A stretch of 64,000 nt of DNA, from IMG/VR virus record IMGVR_UViG_3300045988_165974, positions 32,001-96,000 of that record; one strand, 5' to 3'. The notes beneath the pieces are model-generated. The model made no database searches, was not told where the DNA came from, and saw only the letters and a list, made by a program, of their open reading frames with translations. Shown one piece after another: positions 58,539-64,000 of this stretch (positions are counted from its first letter, which is position 1; each line of letters begins with the position of its first letter). The DNA comes from a virus. Position numbers and translations under genes: made by a program.

Positions 58539-59631
58539 ATTGTGCCCAAGTGAACTACAAGAAGAAAAAATATGGCAATCAGTAGGGACTGCAAGATTTA
58601 TTTATAATTGGACTTTAAATAGGCAAGATGAAAATTATAAAGGTGGTGGTAAATTCATACCTGATAGTGTTCTTAGAAAAGAAATAACTCAATTAAAGAA
58701 AACTGACTTAAGTTGGTTAAATGAAGTATCTAATAATGTTGCAAAACAAGCTGTAAAAGATGCCTGTGATTCATATAAAAGATTCTTTAAAGGATTGTCA
58801 GGTAAACCTAGATTTAAAAGTAGAAAAAGAAGTAAGAAGTCTTTTTATCATGACAATGTTAAACTTAAAGTCAAGGATAATAAATTAGTTAAGATTGAAA
58901 AGATAGGTTGGATTAAAACTAATGAGCAACTATCTATTGGAGCTAAATATAGCAATCCAAGAATAAGTTATGATAACAAATATTGGTATTTATCAGTAGG
59001 TATAGAACAGGAAGAAATCCAAGAAGAATTAACAGATGCATCATTAGGAATAGATTTAGGATTGAAAAACTTAGCAATCTGTTCTGATGGCACAGTATAT
59101 AAAAATATAAATAAAACTTGTACAGTCAAAAAAATCGAAAAGAAACTAAAAAGATTACAAAGACAAATAAGTAGAAAGTATGAAAAAAATAAAAAAGGAA
59201 AGGAGTATGTCAAAACTAAAAATATTATAAAACTTGAAAAGCAGATACAACAGACACATAGAAGATTAGCTAATATTAGAAATAACTATCTTCATCAAAC
59301 TACTACAAGTATAGTGAAAACCAAACCATACAGAGTTGTAATAGAAGATTTAGCAGTTTCTGATATGATGAAAAATAAACATTTATCTGATGCTATAAGA
59401 AAACAAGGATTCTATGAATTTAGAAGACAACTTGAATACAAGTGCAATTTTAGAGGAATTAAGTTAGTCGTAGCAGATAGATTTTATCCATCGTCAAAAA
59501 TTTGTAGCCAATGTGGAGAGATTAAGAAGGATTTAAAGATATCCGATAGAGTATACAAGTGTAATTGTGGGCTTGTGATTGATAGAGATTTAAATGCAAG
59601 TATTAATCTTTCTAAATATAAATTAGCATAA
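58516..59631 (+). CDS. tnpB: TnpB RNA-guided nuclease
   Basis: GIDLGLKNLAI (D), VVIEDLAVSDM (E), CSQCG...CNCG, DRDLNASINL. Confidence 0.9.
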   Translation: MILAKKVRLCPSELQEEKIWQSVGTARFIYNWTLNRQDENYKGGGKFIPDSVLRKEITQLKKTDLSWLNEVSNNVAKQAVKDACDSYKRFFKGLSGKPRFKSRKRSKKSFYHDNVKLKVKDNKLVKIEKIGWIKTNEQLSIGAKYSNPRISYDNKYWYLSVGIEQEEIQEELTDASLGIDLGLKNLAICSDGTVYKNINKTCTVKKIEKKLKRLQRQISRKYEKNKKGKEYVKTKNIIKLEKQIQQTHRRLANIRNNYLHQTTTSIVKTKPYRVVIEDLAVSDMMKNKHLSDAIRKQGFYEFRRQLEYKCNFRGIKLVVADRFYPSSKICSQCGEIKKDLKISDRVYKCNCGLVIDRDLNASINLSKYKLA

Positions 59632-59806
59632 TATCATTAATAAGATAATGCTAATATGTAGGATGCGTTGTATCCAAATTTACGCCCTTGGAGAGTTATA
59701 TCAAACGAAAGTAGGTTGTTATTTATAATTTCCAAAATCGAATTCGTAGAACAGGGAATTAAACAAGATTTATAGATATTTATAGATTTTTGGCAACGGA
59801 GTAAAT

Positions 59807-60424
59807 ATGGAAGAAATAAAAGAAACACAAGTTGTTAATGAAGAATTAGAAAGCCTAAAAAAAGAAAAAGAAGCAACACTTAAAAGATTGACTGTTTTAT
59901 CACAAGAAAATGAAATGTTGAGTTCTATAATAGAAGATTATCAAAAAGAATCGGGAGTTAAATTCAATCTTAACAAAGGAAAATTACTTCCTGCTTTGGT
60001 AGCTACACAAATGGAATTAAAAGAGGTTGAAAAAAGTAGTGAAAACCCTTTCTTCAATTCTAGTTATGCAGATTTATCTACGATAATAAAAGAGACAAGA
60101 CCAATCCTAGCAAAACATGGCTTAGTAGTCGTACAAGCTCCGATTAATGGTAAAATGGGATTAGATAAGAAACCAACACTTACAGTAAAAACAATTCTTT
60201 TCCATGAGGATGGAGAATTTATAGAATATGATTCAACTACCTTTGCTCCAAAAAACCCAGCAGATATACAGGCTTGGGGTTCTGCTATGACTTATTTAAA
60301 ACGTTATACTTTGCAATCATTATTATGCATTTCTTTCAAAGTAGAGGACGATGACGGAAATTCAAATAGTGGAAAATCACCAGTTAAAGCTACTCCAACA
60401 AAGACAAAAGGTAATAGACTATAG
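59807..60424 (+). CDS. erf: ERF-family single-strand annealing protein
   Basis: NPFFNSSYADLSTIIKETRPILAKHGL...AWGSAMTYLKRYTLQSLL matches the ERF family core. Confidence 0.85.
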   Translation: MEEIKETQVVNEELESLKKEKEATLKRLTVLSQENEMLSSIIEDYQKESGVKFNLNKGKLLPALVATQMELKEVEKSSENPFFNSSYADLSTIIKETRPILAKHGLVVVQAPINGKMGLDKKPTLTVKTILFHEDGEFIEYDSTTFAPKNPADIQAWGSAMTYLKRYTLQSLLCISFKVEDDDGNSNSGKSPVKATPTKTKGNRL

Positions 60425-60435
60425 AAAAGGAATAG

Positions 60436-60999
60436 GTGAGCTTTCGGGTTCGCCTATTTTTTATGGCTAGAACTGTTAAATGTAAATATTGTAATAAAAA
60501 AATTTTAAATACAGAGGCTTTTAAGCAAGAAGTTTCTGTAGGGAGTAAAACTCAAAACTGGTATTTTTGCAATAAAGAAGAGGCAAGACAGTATAGAATA
60601 GATTTAGACACATGGAAAACTATCATGTTTGCACTTGATGTCTTAGCAAAAGACAAAATAGCACATAGCAGTAAAGCAAAGAAAATGAATGATATTTTGA
60701 ATCAAGGTTACACAAAAACAGATATATATTGTTGTTTAGTTGAAATGGTTAATGATATTTATCTTGAAAGTAAAATGAAGTATGACATAGAGACACCTTA
60801 TCAAAAATTGTGTTATCTTAGTGCAGTAATAGAAAACAACATAGCTAGGATTCACAAAGATAATACTAGAGCAGATATGGAGCAGCAATATACTCCAACT
60901 GTAGAAGTTTTTAAAGAGCAAACAAAGGTAAAAAATAATAGAAGAAAAACATTGAGGGATAAAATAAATGAAAAACTTCAAGATAATAACAAAGAATAG
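60436..60999 (+). CDS. hypothetical protein (N-terminal CxxC)
   Basis: Track ORF with a GTG start. An alternative ATG at 60463 follows a terminator-like hairpin, so the start is ambiguous. Confidence 0.45.
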   Translation: MSFRVRLFFMARTVKCKYCNKKILNTEAFKQEVSVGSKTQNWYFCNKEEARQYRIDLDTWKTIMFALDVLAKDKIAHSSKAKKMNDILNQGYTKTDIYCCLVEMVNDIYLESKMKYDIETPYQKLCYLSAVIENNIARIHKDNTRADMEQQYTPTVEVFKEQTKVKNNRRKTLRDKINEKLQDNNKE

Positions 61000-62548
61000 A
61001 AAACAAATAGAATCTCTTGTCTTAGGAGGTTTCTTAAGCAACTTAGATTTTTATGGAACTTACAATAAAATAAGTGACAAAGATTTTAGAATTGAAGAAA
61101 TTAAATTCTTTTTTAACATAGCAAAAACTATCAGTAAAAAATATAAAGAATTAGATGAATTTAGCATCATGGAATTAATTTCAGGGAACAAAGAATCTAA
61201 GATTAAATATGAAAAATATGGTGGTTGGGATGCAATAGAAGAATATATAGATAACTCAAATCCAAACAATATAGATGCATATATAGATAATTTAGCAAAA
61301 AATAATTATTTATTATATTTAGATGAAAAAGGCATTGATTTAGTTGAAGAAATTGAAATAGAGGGAACTATGATTTCTCCTTTAGATTTATTTTCTACAT
61401 GGACTTGTGCAGAAGTTGGAGCTTTTTACGAAGGAATAGTTGCAAAAGGAGAAGTTCAATCTATTAATAAAAAATACAAAAGAGAAAGTCTTCTGTTTAG
61501 TGATGAAGAAATAATAAACTTGCAAGATAAAGTCGAAGCAGGAACTCCATACAATGTCATATTTGAATATACAGACAAAGAAATCGGGATGGGAGATTCA
61601 GAAGAGCCAAGATATATTTATGGACTTCCTCTTACTTCTAATAAAACATCAGGAATGGGCAAAGGTGGAGGAGTTTCTTTTATAGCTGGTTATTCAGGTA
61701 TAGGGAAATCAACTTTAACTTTCATTGATATTATTCTACCGCTTATCTATCAAGGAGAGAAAATAGTTATGTTCTCCAATGAACAAGGCTCTTTATATTT
61801 TAAGACTATCTTATATTCATTTGTAGCTTATAATGTATTTGGATATAAAAACCTAAGAAGAAGTGACATTGTTAATGGAGAATTTGATGCCGAAAGTCTT
61901 GAAATTATGAAAAAAGTTAAAAAATTCCTTCAAGATAGAGAATATGACGAACTATTGACTTTTTATGAGTTAGAAGACTTTGACATTAGTGAAATTCTAA
62001 AAGTAGCAACAAGTTTAGTAACTCATGAAGGATATACTGGAATACTGGTAGATACTTTCAAAAGTGAAGATATGGCAGATGCACAATATGTTGGAAAAAT
62101 ATTAGAAAATGCGAAACAAATAGATAAATTTGGAAATAAATATAAAATATTAACTTTTTTAACTATGCAATTAACTCCCGCTACTACTGATAAAAACGCT
62201 TATTTGACCGTAGGAGAGCTTTCTGAATGTAAGGCAATAGTTACTGTGGCAGATTTATTATTTCTCGTTAGAAGGGTAATAAACGACTTAGAACTAGATG
62301 AAAAAAATAAAAAATATTATTTAAATCCATATAGGCTTAAATACAACGAAGCAACAGAAGAATATGAAAGAGAATATATACAATTTGATGAAGAAGATTT
62401 AAAGAAAGACTATAGACTTGTATTTCTTACAAAATCACGAAGAGGGGGAGATGGAATGATTATTTTATTAAGATTCAATGGGACAACAGGCTGGTTTAAA
62501 GAAATTGGCTATGTTAGTCATGTATATAGAGGGCCACTTAGTTATTGA
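60968..62548 (+). CDS. DnaB-like replicative helicase
   Basis: Walker A GYSGIGKSTL, Walker B GILVDTF, RecA-like C-terminal half. It overlaps the primase start. Confidence 0.75.
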   Translation: MKNFKIITKNRKQIESLVLGGFLSNLDFYGTYNKISDKDFRIEEIKFFFNIAKTISKKYKELDEFSIMELISGNKESKIKYEKYGGWDAIEEYIDNSNPNNIDAYIDNLAKNNYLLYLDEKGIDLVEEIEIEGTMISPLDLFSTWTCAEVGAFYEGIVAKGEVQSINKKYKRESLLFSDEEIINLQDKVEAGTPYNVIFEYTDKEIGMGDSEEPRYIYGLPLTSNKTSGMGKGGGVSFIAGYSGIGKSTLTFIDIILPLIYQGEKIVMFSNEQGSLYFKTILYSFVAYNVFGYKNLRRSDIVNGEFDAESLEIMKKVKKFLQDREYDELLTFYELEDFDISEILKVATSLVTHEGYTGILVDTFKSEDMADAQYVGKILENAKQIDKFGNKYKILTFLTMQLTPATTDKNAYLTVGELSECKAIVTVADLLFLVRRVINDLELDEKNKKYYLNPYRLKYNEATEEYEREYIQFDEEDLKKDYRLVFLTKSRRGGDGMIILLRFNGTTGWFKEIGYVSHVYRGPLSY

Positions 62549-63621
62549 TTGAACAAATAATAAATTCCTTCTCAAGTAACGATATCGTTAACTTCATGAA
62601 AATAGTCTTTGATGCCGACATTTTATTTGAAAATAACGAGAGATTAGTCTTTTCTACAGAAGTTTGTCATGGTGGAGATAGCCATAACTTAGTTTATTTT
62701 AAAAGTAATCATCTTTTCTTTTGTAGGACTCATTGTAATAATATCGGGTCACTTCTTGATTTAGTTATGAAAAATAAAAACTGTAATGAATCTGCTGCTA
62801 CTGATATTATATTAGAATTTGTAAATCTTAGAAGAGAAGGTTATGAGTTTGATTTTGATTCAAGTATAGAGAATGTTGAAAAACAAACTGTAGACGACAT
62901 TGAGATAGAATTTTTACCTACAATAGATAAACCATTCCTTCATAGAATATTTAGTAACAGAACTATTAAGTGTTGGGAATCTGAATTCATTACAAAAGAA
63001 ACTATGCAAAAATATGAAATAAGATATGACATAGAACGTAATCAAATTATAATTCCACACTTTTGTTGGAACTCTCGACATAGAGTGGTAGGGATTAGAG
63101 TTCGAAATTTAGATTCTAAGGTATCTGAAAAATATGGAAAGTATATTCCTTTGACTTATCATGGAGTATCTTATAATCATGCATTATCAAAGAATTTATA
63201 TGGATTTAATTTTAATAAAAAGTTCATTAAAAAAAAGAAAAAGGTAATTATTTTTGAAGGTGAGAAATCTGTTTTACAGATGGATTCATTTTATAGAGAT
63301 AAAAATTTAGCAGTAGCAGTTTGTGGAAGTGCTTTAAATATTTTTCAAAAGAAAATTCTTATAGACAATGGAGTTAAAGATATTACAATAGCTTTTGATA
63401 AGCAATTTCAAAAAACGGGGGACGAAGAATATTATATTTGGAAAGAAAAAATAAAGAAAATTACAATGGACTTAAGAGGGATTGTTGATGTTTATGTTAT
63501 TTGGGATACCAATAATATCCTCGATTATAAGGATAGTCCATCAGATAAAGGTAAGAAAATATTTGAACAATTGTACAAAGAAAGAATCAGATTGGAGGAT
63601 TTTTATGAGCAAGAGCTTTAA
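62545..63621 (+). CDS. DnaG-type primase (Zn-binding + TOPRIM)
   Basis: CHGGDSHNL...CRTHC zinc motif. TOPRIM IIFEGEKSVLQMDS and ...AFDKQ. TTG start. Confidence 0.75.
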   Translation: MIEQIINSFSSNDIVNFMKIVFDADILFENNERLVFSTEVCHGGDSHNLVYFKSNHLFFCRTHCNNIGSLLDLVMKNKNCNESAATDIILEFVNLRREGYEFDFDSSIENVEKQTVDDIEIEFLPTIDKPFLHRIFSNRTIKCWESEFITKETMQKYEIRYDIERNQIIIPHFCWNSRHRVVGIRVRNLDSKVSEKYGKYIPLTYHGVSYNHALSKNLYGFNFNKKFIKKKKKVIIFEGEKSVLQMDSFYRDKNLAVAVCGSALNIFQKKILIDNGVKDITIAFDKQFQKTGDEEYYIWKEKIKKITMDLRGIVDVYVIWDTNNILDYKDSPSDKGKKIFEQLYKERIRLEDFYEQEL

Positions 63622-63925
63622 GAAAATACCAATTTGTCTTGATAAAACAGGAAAGAAATATAAAAAATTAAGTAATAAAATCATTAGACGATATAATAGA
63701 GAGCTTGTACAAAATCTCCACTTAAACAACTATGATACAGATGATTATATTGGATTTTATGTAAAGGAAATTCCAAACGGAAATACATATAAACATGTGT
63801 TTCAAAGTTGGGATATTTGTGATTGGAAGATTGAAATATCTTTTGAGGAATATCTTGATTTTTGGAATATAGAATCCAATAAAGAGTCTTATAGGGATTG
63901 GTATACGAGATATATCATGAAATAG
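63605..63925 (+). CDS. hypothetical basic protein
   Basis: The ATG at 63605 overlaps the primase end. The track ORF's longer N-terminus lies inside the primase gene. Confidence 0.45.
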   Translation: MSKSFKKIPICLDKTGKKYKKLSNKIIRRYNRELVQNLHLNNYDTDDYIGFYVKEIPNGNTYKHVFQSWDICDWKIEISFEEYLDFWNIESNKESYRDWYTRYIMK

Positions 63926-64000
63926 TTGACAAACTTAAACGGAAAGGAAATAAAAAATGTATAATTATAAGTATGCTAGAATTATAGATTCTCTATGTAC

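Larger units (their letters stand above)
57830..59800 (+). mobile_element. IS607-family insertion sequence (serine recombinase TnpA + TnpB)
   Basis: Overlapping tnpA-tnpB pair inserted between the SSB-like and ERF genes. TATAGATTT-type sequences occur near both ends. Exact ends are not determined. Confidence 0.7.

Noticed and set aside
63926-63964. TTGACA at 63926 as a standard promoter.
   Set aside because: The nearest TATAAT (63959-63964) is 27 nt away, which is too far for a sigma70-type spacer. The window also ends before any downstream gene can be assessed.
1-64000. Remaining antisense or embedded track ORFs, grouped by region.

- 2-25 kb: 2104-2286, 7593-7811, 8615-8875, 9646-9846, 12892-13149, 15954-16142, 16735-16986, 17689-17925, 21061-21405, 21565-21780, 21796-22068, 22127-22441, 24311-24613.
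- 29-41 kb: 29732-29920, 32587-32769, 32984-33211, 33413-33634, 34001-34249, 34901-35221, 35642-35839, 36899-37156, 38118-38342, 39109-39327, 40873-41100.
- 45-64 kb: 45991-46221, 46234-46476, 46866-47096, 46928-47128, 47594-47839, 51994-52191, 53739-53969, 55115-55327, 55598-55819, 57745-57969, 58968-59213, 59637-59828, 60736-61041, 61060-61269, 63541-63729.
   Set aside because: Each lies antisense to, or inside, a longer and better-supported gene or a structured RNA. In AT-rich DNA, long antisense ORFs with Phe/Leu/Ile-rich products are expected by chance.

Overview
Strongly AT-rich segment of a tailed phage or phage-plasmid. Expression signals are of the low-GC Gram-positive type: many TTGACA-17-TATAAT promoters, AGGAGG/AAGGGG ribosome-binding sites (RBS) and hairpin-plus-T-run terminators.

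Left arm, 1-27.4 kb, transcribed leftward:
- Packaging and head genes: portal, a terminase large subunit split by three group I-like introns that each carry a different homing endonuclease, a putative small terminase, and a ClpP-like protease.
- A 5-kb tRNA/ncRNA island. It holds 5 normal tRNAs, several aberrant tRNA-like genes, a vWA/TROVE-like protein, an IscB nuclease with its upstream omega-RNA-like scaffold, and a repeated hairpin+ACAGCAAT element.
- An HU-like protein, a helicase, about 20 small unknown genes, and a ParM/ParR/parC partition cassette.

Hub, 27.4-30.0 kb: ORF-free and divergent. It carries centromere-like iterons, a G-rich island, palindromes, and tandem early promoters.

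Right arm, 30-64 kb, transcribed rightward:
- It opens with a 6-kb operon of about 16 small ORFs, one of them an AcrIII-1/DUF1874 ring-nuclease homologue. Almost every intergenic gap in this operon is a self-cleaving-ribozyme-like element: 4 HDV-like, 3 twister and 5 type II hammerhead, all supported by helix covariation read by eye.
- After that come promoter/terminator-delimited modules: tyrosine recombinase, two Rep-like paralogues (one with an iteron field), a solo TnpB, a sigma factor, an antirepressor, an RlaP-type nucleotidyltransferase, a DHH phosphoesterase, a SLOG protein, an SSB-like protein, an IS607 (TnpA+TnpB), ERF, a DnaB-like helicase and a primase.

All calls come from reading the sequence and the ORF track. 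No searches were run. RNA and intron boundaries are good to a few nt at best.
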